Shown: positions 1 to 11,975 of the stretch, in pieces
Position numbering within the stretch: position 1 is the first letter of the stretch
How the letters are laid out: each line of letters opens with the position of its first letter
Assembly (NCBI RefSeq): GCF_030144855.1
Contig: NC_082714.1
Coordinates: 20,212,001 to 20,276,000 of the forward strand
Direction: 5' to 3'
DNA: 64,000 bases
Source: Hypanus sabinus
Taxonomy: Eukaryota
Notes under the pieces: model-generated
Seen by the model: only the letters and a program-made list of their open reading frames with translations
The model's database searches: none
Told to the model about the DNA's origin: nothing
Made by a program: the position numbers and the translations under genes

Positions 1-244
1 CTGCTGGTGAACTGATGTCCACCAAGGAATGAAGTCTGCTTCATTTACTTAGTCTGACCTTTATAACTCCAGATCCATAAGCAATATTCTCAGAAATGGG
101 TTAGTAAGAGTGATTAAGGATGGAAATCAAATATAGCTGTTGCTATCATTCACTATATCCCACACATAAATTAAAATGCTATTTTTTCCACTGTCCTATG
201 TGTTAATCTTCATAATTACACAATTCCTGGGAAATTAGATCAGT

Positions 245-415
245 ATCAGAGTCAGAATCATGATATACACTTTGAAATTTATTCTTTATCTGGCAGCAGT
301 ACAGTGCAAGGCATAAAAAATAACTGTAAGTTAAAATAAATGGATAAGGCAAAAGAGGAATAGTGAGTTAGTGAGGTAGTGTCCATGAGTTTATGGACCA
401 CTCAAGTATCTGATA
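245..415 (-). mobile_element. Rex1/Babar LINE 3' UTR remnant
   Basis: Same (TCTGAT)n-type tail and gtgaggtagtgt.catg motif as the copies at 11668-11975 and 54258-55100. Confidence 0.55.
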
Positions 416-454
416 TTGGAGTGGATCAGGACCAAAGGGAAAAATGAGGTGAAA

Positions 455-950
455 AACTGCAGAATGTCGTCAAGTATGAGGTGCTGCACTTTGGGGGGAC
501 ACAATTCCTTACATGGTGAGCGCTGAGGACTGAGGTAGACCAGATGGATCTCGGAATAGAAGGTACACAATTCCTTGCAAGTGGTATCACAGATAGATAA
601 GGTTGCAAAGAAAGGTTTTGGCACACTGGCCTTCATGGATCAAAGAAATGAATCCAGGAATTGAGATGTTACGTTCAAGTTATATGAGACATTGGTGAGG
701 CCTAATTTGGAGTATTGTGTGCAGTTTTAATCACCCACCTACAGGAAAGATGTCCATAAGTTTGAATGAATGCAGAGAAAATTTACAAGGATGTTGCCAG
801 GACTTGAGGACCTGAGTTATAGAGAAAGATTGAATAGGTTAGGACTTTATTCTCTGCAAGAGTTCCCAACCTTTTATGCAGCATAGACCAATGCCATTAA
901 GCAAGGGATTAAGTTAGGAAACCCTGCTCCAGAGCGTAGGTCATTGAGAG
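455..950 (+). mobile_element. CR1 LINE ORF2 fragment, degraded
   Basis: Encodes KYEVLHFG, LVRPNLEYCVQF and RKFTRMLPGL CR1 motifs with stops and frameshifts. Confidence 0.85.
857..926. mobile_element. About 70-bp hAT/Charlie-type MITE inserted in CR1
   Basis: Degenerate inverted ends caagagttcccaac...gttaggaaaccctg, followed by ctccagag (NTCTAGAN-like target). It interrupts the CR1 GLYSLE codons. Confidence 0.55.
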
Positions 951-968
951 GACTAGGTTTTTGATATC

Positions 969-1710
969 AGAAATATAGAAACATAGAAAACCTACAGCAC
1001 AATACAGGGCCTTCGGCCCACAAGTTTGTGCCGAACAGGTCCCTACCCTAAAAATTACTAGGCTTACCTATAGCCCTCTATTTTTCTAAGCTCCATGTAC
1101 CTATCCAAAAGTCTCTTAAAGGACTCTATCGTATCCACCTCCACCACTGTTGCTGGCAGCCCGTTCCATGCACTCACCACTTTCTGAGTAAAACACCTAC
1201 CCCTGACATCTCCTCTGTACCTACTCCCCAGCACCTTAAACCTGTGTCCTCTTGTGGCAACCATTTCAGCCCTGGGGAAAAGCCTCTGACTATCCACACA
1301 ATCAACACCTCTCAACACCTCTGTCAGGTCACCTCTCATTCTCCAAGGAGAAAAGGCCAAGTTCACTCAATCTATCCACAGAAGACATGCTTCCCAATCC
1401 AGGCAACATCCTTGTAAATCTCCTTCGTACCATTTCTATGGCTTCCACATCCTTCCTGTAGTTAGGTGACCAAAACTGAGCACAGTACTCCAAGTGGGGT
1501 CTAACCAGGGTCCTATATAGCTGCAACATTACCTCTCAGCTCCTAAAATCAATTCCACAATTGATGAAGGCCAATACACTGTACGCCTTCTTAACCACTG
1601 AGTCAACCTGCGCAGCTGCTTTGAGCGTCCTATGGACTCGGATCCCAAGATGCCTCTGATCCTCCATAATGCCAAGGGTTTTACCATTAATACTATATTT
1701 TGCCATCATA
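969..1710 (-). mobile_element. CR1 LINE 3' end
   Basis: ORFs 1064-1730 give LVRPHLEYCAQFWSP, MRGDLTEV and TRGHRFKV. There is a (TTTCTATG)n-like tail at 969-990. Confidence 0.93.
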
Positions 1711-1814
1711 TTTTGTAGCAACTGTCCCATTAAATTGACCTGGAAGAAACCATAACTTCAGCAGGGAGGTCTTCACAAACACTGTATGATGATGCCTTTT
1801 TAGTACAAAAACAA

Positions 1815-2035
1815 AGATCTCAGAGGGTGGTGAGCGTGTCGAACAAGTTGACAGTGGAAGTGGTAAATGCAGGTTCAATTTCAACATTTAACAGAAAATT
1901 GAGTAAGTAGTGCATGGATGGGGGTGATGGTTAATGGCTATGCTCCGGGTGCAACTCATTGGGTCTAGCAGAACAATAGTTCGGCAGAGACTAGGTGGGC
2001 CGAAGGGTCTGTTTCTGTGCTATAGTGTTCTGTGG
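1815..2035 (+). mobile_element. CR1 LINE 3' end
   Basis: ctcagagggtggtgagcg...gggccgaagggtctgtttctgtgctatagtgttct, a typical CR1 3' UTR. Confidence 0.8.
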
Positions 2036-2256
2036 CAGTGGTTTCCAACCTCCGGGCCGTGGACCAATACCGGGACCAATTGTGTAGAGCAAGTGAAATC
2101 AGCAATCTCCTCTGATCTGGGCCAACATTTACGTGCCGGGTGGCACCTAATTAATCAGCTTGTTTATTTCAGATTTTTTCTTGAAGATTTGCTGGGCGCA
2201 TTCCACCTACCGCAGCGCCCCTGCATGCTTCGCGACCCGGAGGTTGGGGACCACTG
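2036..2256. mobile_element. 221-bp non-autonomous hAT (Charlie-type) MITE
   Basis: 21-bp TIRs CAGTGGTTTCCAACCTCCGGG / CCCGGAGGTTGGGGACCACTG with 2 mismatches. 8-bp TSD ttctgtgg (2028-2035) / ttctatgg (2257-2264). Confidence 0.9.
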
Positions 2257-2533
2257 TTCTATGGCTCTAATTCAGCTGGCATCAACAGAGCATCCCTTTC
2301 TCCTGAGGATAATTGTAATATTAGTCCTTGAAGGACCTTCATAGCTACACCTCACCAACAATTTCGCTGGTCCCACATCAGCTTCCCCTGAATTAAAGCA
2401 AGTATTCAATTCATGAGCTAATGGAAGAACACACATCCCCAGTTCTCCATTTTGATTTGCCAAGGCCCCAGATTCTATCTTATCTTTAAGCATACCTGGG
2501 CTCCCTGAAAAATTTATCATACTACTCTGAAAC

Positions 2534-2890
2534 TAGGTGGTGAGGTGCAGATAAGCATCCACTAAAGGAGGTATAAGGCTCTCTGCTAGCCTGCAGGTCA
2601 CCTTGGGCAAGGTGTAGCACCTGCTTAGCTCCCCAATCAGGATCACGTGAAGCCATTGGAGCAGGTGGCAGATGGTTGTATGAGCAGTTGGTACATATCA
2701 CAAGTCCTGGCTATACAACCACTGATGCCAGACAGACAATCTCTGAAGAGTATTGATAATGGCTGGGGTCACCCATCTTGTGAAGACACTGCCCAGAAGA
2801 AGGCAATGGCAAACCACTTCTGTAGAAAAATTTGCCAAAGACAACCATGGTCATGGAACAGTCATATGACATGGTACATTATAATGATGA
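2534..2890 (+). mobile_element. Short non-autonomous RTE-type retroposon, copy 1
   Basis: Colinear with 44752-45125. Contains the agaaggcaatggcaaaccac motif resembling BovB/Bov-A RTE 3' ends. No coding capacity. Confidence 0.7.
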
Positions 2891-3251
2891 CTTTAAAACA
2901 TCTAAACAACTAAAATGACAAGCTTATTCTGGTAGTAAAAGGAATAAAACACAAGAATCTGGAAAGTCCTGAAATGGCTGATTATCAGAGTTTTGTCATG
3001 GATATCAGTTCCATGCAGAACTGCCCATGTAAGGACCAGGGAGTTTGCACAAGGAAATCCAGCTTTTTGTGGGTGGATTCCCATGTTTTCACACTTTGTT
3101 CTCTTGGACCCACTGAGTGATTCCCTCTTTCAACACCCATTCTGCATTACCACTAAGGCCAGGGTGTCCAGGTGAGTCATAATGCATAGTTACAAAGAGT
3201 ACAGACTTGAACAAGACTGTTGAGCCATAACTGGACAGTGAAATGACAGAA

Positions 3252-3585
3252 GAGTTGACGTGAATAGGCTGTTTCCATTGAGAGTAGGGGAGATTCAAGC
3301 AAGAGGACATGATTTGAGAGTTAGGGGGCAAAAGTTTAAGGGAAACACGAGGGGGTATTTCTTTACTCAGAGAGTGATAGCTGTGTGTAATGAGCTTCCT
3401 GTAGAAGTAGTAGAGGCCAGTTCAGTTGTGTCATTTAAGGTAAAATTGGATAGGTATATGGACAGGAAAGGAGTGGAGGGTTATGGGCTGAGTGCGGGCA
3501 GGTGGGACTAGGTGAGATTAAGAGTTCGGCACGGACTAGGAGGGCCGAGATGGCCTGTTTCCGTGCTGTGATTGTTATATGGTTA
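3252..3585 (+). mobile_element. CR1 LINE 3' end, young subfamily
   Basis: Highly similar to 16515-16850. ORF 3260-3511 is the C-terminus of CR1 ORF2. Confidence 0.93.
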
Positions 3586-3764
3586 AGAAACAAACTGACC
3601 TAAAGCATATCTAAACATTCTTACAAGACATCAACAACAATGTTCTACACTGATTATCCCCAAACTTCACTTGCAGTGATCTATAATGAATAGGAAACAC
3701 TGCAAATTTAAAAGAAGCCTCACAATCTGCATGAATGCACAATTAAATCTGAACTGATTCTATG

Positions 3765-3915
3765 ACCGACAAAATTCTGGAGAAACTTAGCAGGTCGGGC
3801 AGAATCTACGGAAAAAAACATAAACAGTTGACGCTTCAGGGCGATATCCTTCATCAGAACTGCGTCCAGCATTTTGTTACTGGGTTACTCTGCATTTCTA
3901 GCATCTGAAGAATCA
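3765..3915. mobile_element. Penelope-like terminal-repeat remnant (two inverted arms) with a degenerate hammerhead on the minus strand (3825-3862)
   Basis: acaaaattctggagaaacttagcaggtcgggcag...ccttcatcagaactg followed by the reverse arm ccagcattttg...agcatctg. Confidence 0.7.
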
Positions 3916-3929
3916 TTTGTGCCTATGAT

Positions 3930-4150
3930 CTACAGACTCAATTTCAAGGACTTGTGTTCATACCTGCACAGTTTGTTTTCTTTTGCACATTGGTTCTTTG
4001 ATAGCCTTTTCCTGTGTGTGTGTATTTTTTCTTGTAAATTCTTTAATCCTTTTTTTCTTGTAGCTGCCTGCACGAAAATGGATCTCAAGGTTCTACGTGG
4101 TAACACTACCTTTACACGTACTTTAACAACAACTTTACTTTGAACTTTGA
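3930..4150 (+). mobile_element. Rex1-type 3' UTR with (ACTTTGA)n tail
   Basis: Matches the tail attached to the Rex1 RT at 41555-42262. Confidence 0.7.
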
Positions 4151-4862
4151 AATGAATAATGCAAGCAGCAAAGTCTTTTTGTGAAAGACTCCTGGCCAGT
4201 CAACCACAGCTCAGTAGGTTGCTGCTGGCCCAGTTCTATAACGCTGGAGGAGAGGCTAGTGCAATAGTACAGTATGTAGAAACTTATACAACAAATGTTA
4301 CTGCAGTCAGGCGATCTCTTAGCGGCAGAAGATATCAATGTTCTGCTCATCAAGAGATATGGTGACAGTGATAAAATAAGGAAAATGAAGTGGCCTACTT
4401 TTCATCTACTGTCAGAGCAGGATAGGCTACGGCCATTGTGATAAATGTTGTGAAAGAAGGAACGTGGCCTAGAAATCCTTCTGCACCATAGAAAGACAAA
4501 TTAATTCAGCAGTGCACAGGAGGCTCCTGGAGGTTTGTCAAAAGCCTGCTAGTGCTAAGTTGAATACTTCATCAGGCCCAAGATGTTGTGTTACAGTTTA
4601 GGTTCTCTGCTTTCTAAAAGGACTAACAGATAAGTTACAGAGACGGTGGTGGGAGGAGAAGCCCAAGGCAGGTGTAGTATGGGGGTGCATTGTGTCAGGA
4701 AGAATGATGACCTTAAGGGGTGATAAGAATTGGCACAAATTGGGGGTGGGGGGGTGTTGCAGCTATAGAAGTGTGGGTATGGTCAGACTTGCATTTCATA
4801 TTGGAGAGGCAATGCAAGAGTTGGGTTCTTAATTGAGATGGGTACGATCAAAGCAGTGTCCC

Positions 4863-5290
4863 AAAGTAATTTTATTATCAAAGTATGTAGGTGTCACCAT
4901 ATACTACCTTGAGATTCATTTCCTTGCAGCCATTTACAGGAATATAAAGAAATACAATAGAATTTATGAAAATCTATCATATAATTAAAGACGGATAAAC
5001 AAACAATATGCAATAGAAGATAAATCATGCAAATAAGTTTAAAAAAGTAAATGAATAATGACAAGGCAATGAGTTGTAGGGTCCTTGAGAGTGAGTCTGT
5101 AGGTTGTAGAACCAGTTCAGTATTGAGGTGAGTGAAGTTATCCATGTTGGTTCAGGAGTCGATCGTTGTAGGGTAATATCTGTTCCTGAACCTGGTGGTT
5201 GTGTGACCTAAGGGTCCTGGACCTCCTGCCTGATGGCAGCAGTGAGAGGGAGCTTGGCATGGATGCTGGGGCACTTGTTTTCTTCTGGTA
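4863..5290 (-). mobile_element. Rex1-type 3' end
   Basis: Minus strand encodes TTRFRNRYYPTTI (end of Rex1 ORF), followed by the same 3' UTR family. Confidence 0.8.
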
Positions 5291-5812
5291 GCACTCTTGC
5301 TAAATGCGCACAATGATGGAGTGGGCTTGCTTTTCATGGACGGGGCAAGAAACAAATAGGGGGTATGCTGGTAGAAGGGTCAAAGTCATCAATGGGAGAA
5401 GCCTACATGCTCAGGAAGTAGAAGAAAAGATTGGGTTACTGTTTGGTGAGGGGAAGGGCCAGAGTTATGGCTAGTGTGGGAGGACATTCCACCTGGGTGA
5501 TGAAGGGTTTGACTGACCTCCATGAGAGACAAAAAAACTTAGGGGACTTTTAAGCAATGACACAGCTGATGTCACCTGTCTTTTAAAGATCCGCTTTTGC
5601 ATGAGTACCCAACATCATTGTGTGTTAGTGTGCTAGGATTGTAATGAAAATGAGGACTTTTCCAACTTCAAGCTAAGTTCCCAATCTTCCTTCACAACCA
5701 AGCTTTCGCTGAAATTGTACCATGTTTCTCATATAAATGACACGCTTCCTAATAGATTCTATCAGCTATGCATTGCACCTTCCACAAACCCACGACATGC
5801 CAAAGAGCTTAA

Positions 5813-6745
5813 TCAAGTCAAGTCACTTTTATTATCAATTCAACCAAAACTGCTGGTACAGTACATAGTAAAAATGAGACAATGTTTTTCAGGACCATGG
5901 TGTTACATGACACAGTACAAAAACTAGACTGAACTACGTAAAAAAACAACAGAGAAAGCTACACTAGACTACAGACCTACACAGGACTGCGTAAAGTGCA
6001 CAAAACAGAGCAGGCATTACAATAAATAATAAACAGGACAACAGGGCAAGGTGTCAGTCCAGGCTTCGGGTATTGAGGAGTCTGATTGCTTGGGGGAAGA
6101 AACTGTTACAGAGTCTGGTCATGAGAGCCCGAATGCTTCGGAGCCTTTTCCCAGACGGCAGGAAGGAGAAGAGATTGTATGAGGGGTGCATGGGGTCCTT
6201 CATAATGCTGTTTGCTTTGCGGATGCAGCGTGAGGTGTAAATGTCCATGATGACGGGAAGAGAGACCCCGATGATCTTCTCAGCTGACTTCACTATCCGC
6301 TGCAGGGTCTTGTGATCTGAGATGGTGCAACCAGGCAATAATGCAGCTGCTCAGGATGCTCTCAATACAACCCCTGTAGAATGTGATGAGGATGGGGGTT
6401 GGGAGATGGACTTTCCTCAGCCTTCGCAGAAAGTAGAGACACTGCTGGGCTTTCTTTGCTCTGGAGCTGGTGTTCAGGGACCAGGTGAAATTCTCTGCCA
6501 GGTGAACACCAAGGAATTTGGTGCTCTTAACAATCTCTACCGAGGAGCCGTCGATGTTCAGCGGGGAGTGGTCGCTCTGTGCCCTCCTGAAGTCAACAAC
6601 CATCTTTTTTGTTTTGTTCACATTAAGATACAGGTTGTTGACTCTGCACCAGTCCATTAGCCACTGCACCTCCTCTCTGTAAGCTGACTCGTTATTCTTG
6701 CTGATGAGACCCACCATGATCGTGTCATTGGTGAACTTGATGATG
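5813..6745 (-). mobile_element. Rex1/Babar LINE, RT C-terminus and 3' end
   Basis: ORFs give LNVNKTKKMVVDFRR, KFLGVHL, YRGCIESILSSCI and NSFFPQAIRLLN. (GACTT)n tail. Confidence 0.92.
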
Positions 6746-6916
6746 ATTTGAACTTAATAGCCACATAGCTACTTTTGAAATGTATTTGCCACCTTCTTGA
6801 TTCCAACAACATTGTGCAAAGGATTCCCCACTGGAAGGGGGAATGAGAGAGTTTCTGTGTTCAGGGATTATATATGAGGGAGAAATGATAACCAGAGCAA
6901 GTGAAATATTACACTA

Positions 6917-7050
6917 ACAAGAAAAAATCTGCAGATGCTGGAAATCCAAGCAACACACACAAAATGCTGGAGGAACTCAGCAGGCCAGGCAGCATCTATG
7001 AAAAAGAGTAAACCGTCAATGTTTCAGGTCGAGAACCCTTCATCAGGACT
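6917..7050 (-). mobile_element. Penelope-like terminal repeat with degenerate hammerhead (7013-7050)
   Basis: Minus strand reads AGTC-CTGATGA-A-GGGTTCTCGACCT-GAAAC-ATT-GAC. Same repeat as the 3' end of the PLE at 48247-50110. Confidence 0.85.
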
Positions 7051-7644
7051 CAAGATACAATATTATTCTTCTTTGAATAGTGCTATAGGAAGTGGATTTA
7101 AAAGATCCAGTTCTTTAACATATCTCCCAGATGATTGAAAGTACACTTAGCAGGTCATGGTAAAGCAAGGACTTTTGTTTGGAATAAAGGTGAAGTTTTA
7201 AAAAAATATTTTATCTCACATCACGGGGTAAAGGTTAACTCTATTGTGGGAAAAGTGGCAATCAAGTTCAAACTATGTTGGTTTCTCTCTCACACACTCT
7301 GGATTAACAGTAAGAAGGAATTTGCAAGAATATATTTCCATTTATGCAACACTTAGAAAGCACCAGTGCACCAAATTATGTAAGACATCAGGAGTTGTGT
7401 TGACAACCACTGCTCCAGCTCAATCCACATCCTGAGTCTAAGTCTGCCACTAAATACCCACACTGAGGGGAAAATTACTGACTGGTATAGTAACCAAACT
7501 GTAATTGCTGATTTTGTCATTTTCAAATGTCTCTCCCAGGCAGACTGTTTAAGTGTTCTACCTGAGGAGGCCATTCACTTCATCGGTCCTGCGTCATCTC
7601 TTTATTCCTGCGGATGTTGTAAGTGATATTGCAGGCTGTTGAGA

Positions 7645-7885
7645 CTTTGCCCCCGCAACCGTCTGTGACAACGAATTCCACAGATTCGCCACCCTCTTGT
7701 TAAAGAAATTCTTCTTCATCAATGTTTCAAAGGGATGTCCTTCTATTCTGAATCTGTGCCCTCTAGTCCTAGACTCCCCAACTATAGGAATATCTTCTCT
7801 AAGCTCACTTTAAGTAGGCCTTCCAAAATTTTATAGGTTTCAATGAATTCCCCCTCAGAATTCTAAACTTCAGCAAGTACATGCA
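7645..7885 (-). mobile_element. CR1 fragment
   Basis: aacgaattccacagattcgccaccctct...gtcctagactccccaactat, as in the CR1 at 30300-30530. Confidence 0.75.
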
Positions 7886-8935
7886 ATCAAGCAATTCTTC
7901 CCTCAGAGAATTGTGAATCTTTAGTATTCCCTAATGTAGACAGCTATGGGTGATGAGCTTTGAATGTAGTCATGGCTGACAGAGATGGACTAACAAGAGA
8001 ATCAAGGAGATCAGGCAAGTCAGATCTGACTGCTCTGGTGTCCTTTACCCATATCAACAACCTGGCCATTGTAATCGCAAAGGCAGATTGGATTGTTCTA
8101 TATTGCCAACTATACAACTGAGAACAGCCGAGCCATACTTGATTAAATTGTTGAAGAATGCACTATGTTCATGAAAAATTTAGACTGGTTGAAAGGCAAG
8201 TGAGGAAAGATACTATTATGGTCAGCCTGCCCTAGTAAGTCTGAGGTAGTGAAAACTGCTGATGCTTGAGTTGTTTTGAAGTACATTGGAACATTTCTCA
8301 TGTTCTATGCATTTTTCCTAATCATTAAATTTTCCACATATCAAATCTTTACAGAGCATGAATTGAGCTAAGAATCATTAAGTTTTTTTTCTGTCTTTGC
8401 CTTTTTAAAAATTTGCTGAGCAAAGCTAAAGCAGTTCTAAGTATTTAAGCTGTCAATCAAATTGTAAATAGAAGTGGTATGAATATTAAGCTATAGCATC
8501 TCTTAACCAAAGCCTTTCTGTGCCTGTGTCTTATTTTACCCATAATTAATTCTAATGTATAAAATTAGGCTTTAAATTTTACCTCATACCATTTTCCAAT
8601 TGGACTGTAGTGTGAGCAGTTGGCAGAAGAATTGCCGGACTCATGGTAAAGAATAATATATGGATGAGAATAATCTGTTAGAAATCATGTTTGTACTGGA
8701 ATAATTAGCATCATTCTCTAGATCATGCAGACAATGCTTGCCAACATAGCAAGCACTGATGTAACCAATGAGCACTGAGCCAATAACTGGAATAGGCATC
8801 TTGCCTCCCTATTGTAGCACCTGCCTATGGAGTAAAAGCTAGGCCTTTTTATGGCATTTACACCATTATCTGTCCTAAGCAGTAGAAAATTGTGCACACA
8901 CAAAGAGAAAGACTATTGACCCCATTTAATTGGAA

Positions 8936-9653
8936 AAGTTCAAGTGTATTTGTCATTCAACCATACATGAACACCCATGAATACAGGCAGATGAAACAGC
9001 GTTACTCTGGGGTCAAGGTGCAAAACACAGCACAAGGCATATGTCGCGCATAGAAGATAGCAGTAAACATAATAAAAATATAGTCCAGGTCCCTGAGTCC
9101 AGGAATGTTGCAACTCTTCAGTCTACTACAATACTGGGAGTAGCCCCGACTCTAACATGGATGCAGCGTCACACCACCTCCAGTACTCCGGTGGAGTGCA
9201 CAGAAACCGCCGCCTTTGACTCTGCCTGGCGGCTGTGAACAGGTGACACTACAGCTTGAGAGTTACTCCTCGCTATGACCCAAGCCACGCAGTTTCCCCA
9301 CCATCCACCAGTAACGCCGTGAATCAGGCTTGCAGCATTCAACATTAACGACGTCCAACAGGGCTGTGCGACCACAAGAAAAGCGGCTAAGATGATCACT
9401 CGCTGTTAGACTGCACAACGCCTTCACACAGCGACTCCCCCGATGCTGTGGCAAAGCAATCCACACCAAGTCTAGCTTCTTCAGTTTCACCGTCAACAAG
9501 TACTCGCTGATGGGGTAGATCTGCTGTACTTTAAGCTCTTATTGTCCAGCTGGGTCTTGTGACCATAAAGATATATATTTTAAAAAGACAATAAAAGCTT
9601 TGATTGGTCCCATAGAAACCAGTGCGTCCAAGTGGAGGTATCTTACTGGAAGT
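8936..9653 (-). mobile_element. Non-coding retroposon with Rex1-type 3' tail
   Basis: The 3' ~120 bp match the tail of the Rex1 at 39160-39740. The body is relatively CpG-rich, and the 5' end reads ACTTCCAGTAAGAT. Confidence 0.6.
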
Positions 9654-9989
9654 AATGAAAGATGCTAAATGCAGGCAGAATTTACAGCTGTGTGCTAACT
9701 GAAATTTGGGGCAGAGTTCCAATGAATGCCATTTGCTGCTTTCTATTTCTTGCAAAACTGAATGTGCCCTCATTGCTATGTGATGCTATTGCTTGTCTTC
9801 CTGTTCCCCTTCTGTTGAATGTGGATCATTATATGATAGGGCTTAAGCCCAGCAAAATTGGTTGGCTTTCTCACAGAGTGGCTATAACTGCTGCTGAGAC
9901 TCCACTGTCCTTGTCCCTCTCCTTGACCCCACACTCATGAACCAATCAGTCAGCTTGGGGCCATTGAATGTCTGTGAATTGCTCTGAGC

Positions 9990-10338
9990 AGAGAGTTGCT
10001 CCCTCCCCTGTCGAATTCCCAGCAACCTCGGGTCTGGGGTCTGAGGTCTGCGGGGCTCAACGTCTACCAGGTAGCGGTGGTCTGTAAGTCTGAGGCCCGG
10101 ATGTGGCCCGTCTGGGGGTTGGAAGCCCATCTGTGTGTGTGGTCGCTTCTTGTATGTTACGTCATGTTGTGTGCTGTTCTCCTGGACGCTGTGGGAATTT
10201 TATATCGGCACCAGAATGTGCGGCAACTCCTCCCCCACCCACCACGTCTTCAGATTGTGTTGGTTGTTAACAAAAATGACACATTTCACTGTACGCTTCA
10301 ATGTATATGTGTTTAATAAATAAATCTAATCTAAATCT
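9990..10338 (+). mobile_element. Non-coding interspersed repeat with (AATCT)n tail, copy 1 of 3
   Basis: Shares ggcaccagaatgtg.ggcaac and gttgtt...aaatgacacatttcactgta with 53075-53285 and 28905-29247. Confidence 0.65.
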
Positions 10339-10699
10339 ACATGTCATTCAGTTAGTTAGGATGAATTAAGAAAAGTCAAAACATTGGTGACTTTTTTCTT
10401 ACATTCGAGACTGTCAAACACACATTCACACACTAAAAAGTCAATTAGAATACTGAAATATAATATTAAGGACCTTTCCTCCAACTGTTGAATTCTCTCA
10501 TTTATTTGAATAGGGACTACTGTGCTTGCTCCATTTTCTACAGCACATTCTCAGTTCTCACAGGTCCCTGCTTGAGCTGGAAAATCTTGACAAGGTTTAT
10601 GTTAACCCATCGGACTCCCATTTGTACCTCAGAGTCAGCCAGAGAGAGGGACTGAGACCACGACTCTCAATGTAGAGACTCCTCCTCCCTTGATTTACC

Positions 10700-11250
10700 C
10701 AGTACCTCCCCAGGCAGCATCATTCGGCAGGATTCTGGGACCAAGAGCGATATCTAGAGCAGAGTCAGCAAAGCTAGAAACATCTTCAGATCAATGAGCA
10801 GTGAAAAGGGATCAATCAAGTACAAAGTTCACGCCAAGGCGAAGTTATCCCAGAGCTGTGTACTACCCACACTCTTGCACATGTCAGAATGCTGGTGTAT
10901 GACAGAGTGATCTTGCCAAGTTGTCTTCATTCCATAGGAGATCCTCTATATTTTTTGCCAAGAAGGATATCCAGCCACACCCTGCTCCTTCGGTGTCATC
11001 AAGAGGAAATGGCTGCGACCATCAAGAGGAAATGTTGGAGGTATACTGGGCAAGTGGTGAAGAGGGGCCAACTCCATCATCAAGACAGCACTTCATTGGA
11101 CCCCTGAGGGGCCAAGGAAACACAGGAGACCAAGGACAATTTGGTACCATACTGGACAGGCAGCTGTGAACCACACCTAGGGCCAAATAGGGAAGATGGC
11201 CAAGGCCAGCAATGAAGGACTTTCATTGCTGCCCTAAATGCCAACGCTGT
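10700..11250 (+). mobile_element. Degraded RTE-clade LINE 3' region
   Basis: Broken frames give GSIIRQDSGTKSDI, KARNIFRSM, QSCVLPTLL, KTALHWTPEG and RPRTIW, which are C-terminal motifs of the RTE ORF. Confidence 0.7.
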
Positions 11251-11377
11251 ACCAGGAAGTAGCTATTGGACAATGTCGGAACAGAGATAGCCAGCTTCAG
11301 CTGACACCAGCACCAGAACCAAAATTTATACTGAGATACCAGACAAGATACTGGACAAGTCTACCAGGCTCACCTCA

Positions 11378-11665
11378 GGTGCAGTTATTACCCTCCAACC
11401 ATCAGGCTCCCGAACTAGCATGGATAATTTCACTCATCTCAACTGATTCCAAAACCTATGGACTCACTTTTAAGAACTCTACAATTAATGTTCTCAGCAT
11501 CATTTATTTATTTACTTATTGTTACTATTTTTTCATATTTTCACAGTTTGTCTTCTTTTGCACATCAGTTGTTTGTCGGTCTTTGTGTGTAGTTCTTCAA
11601 TGATACTGCTGTATGTCATTGTTCTATCGTGAATGTCTGAAAGAAAATGAATCTCAGGGTCGTAT
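11378..11665 (+). mobile_element. Rex1-type 3' UTR
   Basis: cagttattaccctccaaccatcaggctc...gaaaatgaatctcagggt family. Confidence 0.8.
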
Positions 11666-11667
11666 AT

Positions 11668-11975
11668 CTGAATCGGAAACAGGTGTAATATCTGCTGCAT
11701 ATGTCATGAAATTTGTTATCTTTGCAGCAGCCGTACAATGCAATACTTGATAAATAAACAAAAAATGAATTACAGAAAGCATATATATGTATATTAAATA
11801 GTTAAGATAAGTAGTGCAAAAAATGGAAATTTTTAGAAAAGTAGTGAGGTAGTGTTCATGGGTTCGATGCCCATTCAGAAATCAGATGACAAAGGGGAAG
11901 AAGCTGTTCCTGAATGGCTGAGATTGTGCCTTCGGGCTTCTGTACCTCCTTCCTGATGGCAACAATGAGAAGAGT
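11668..11975 (-). mobile_element. Rex1-type 3' end
   Basis: Minus strand encodes FRNSFFPFVI. Its 3' UTR is shared with 54258-55100. Confidence 0.8.

Noticed and set aside
8565-8610. Minus-strand IGKW, resembling the start of the next GRIN2A exon (VGKW)
   Set aside because: No in-phase acceptor, a stop follows within seven codons, and there is no HLSIVTLEE motif.
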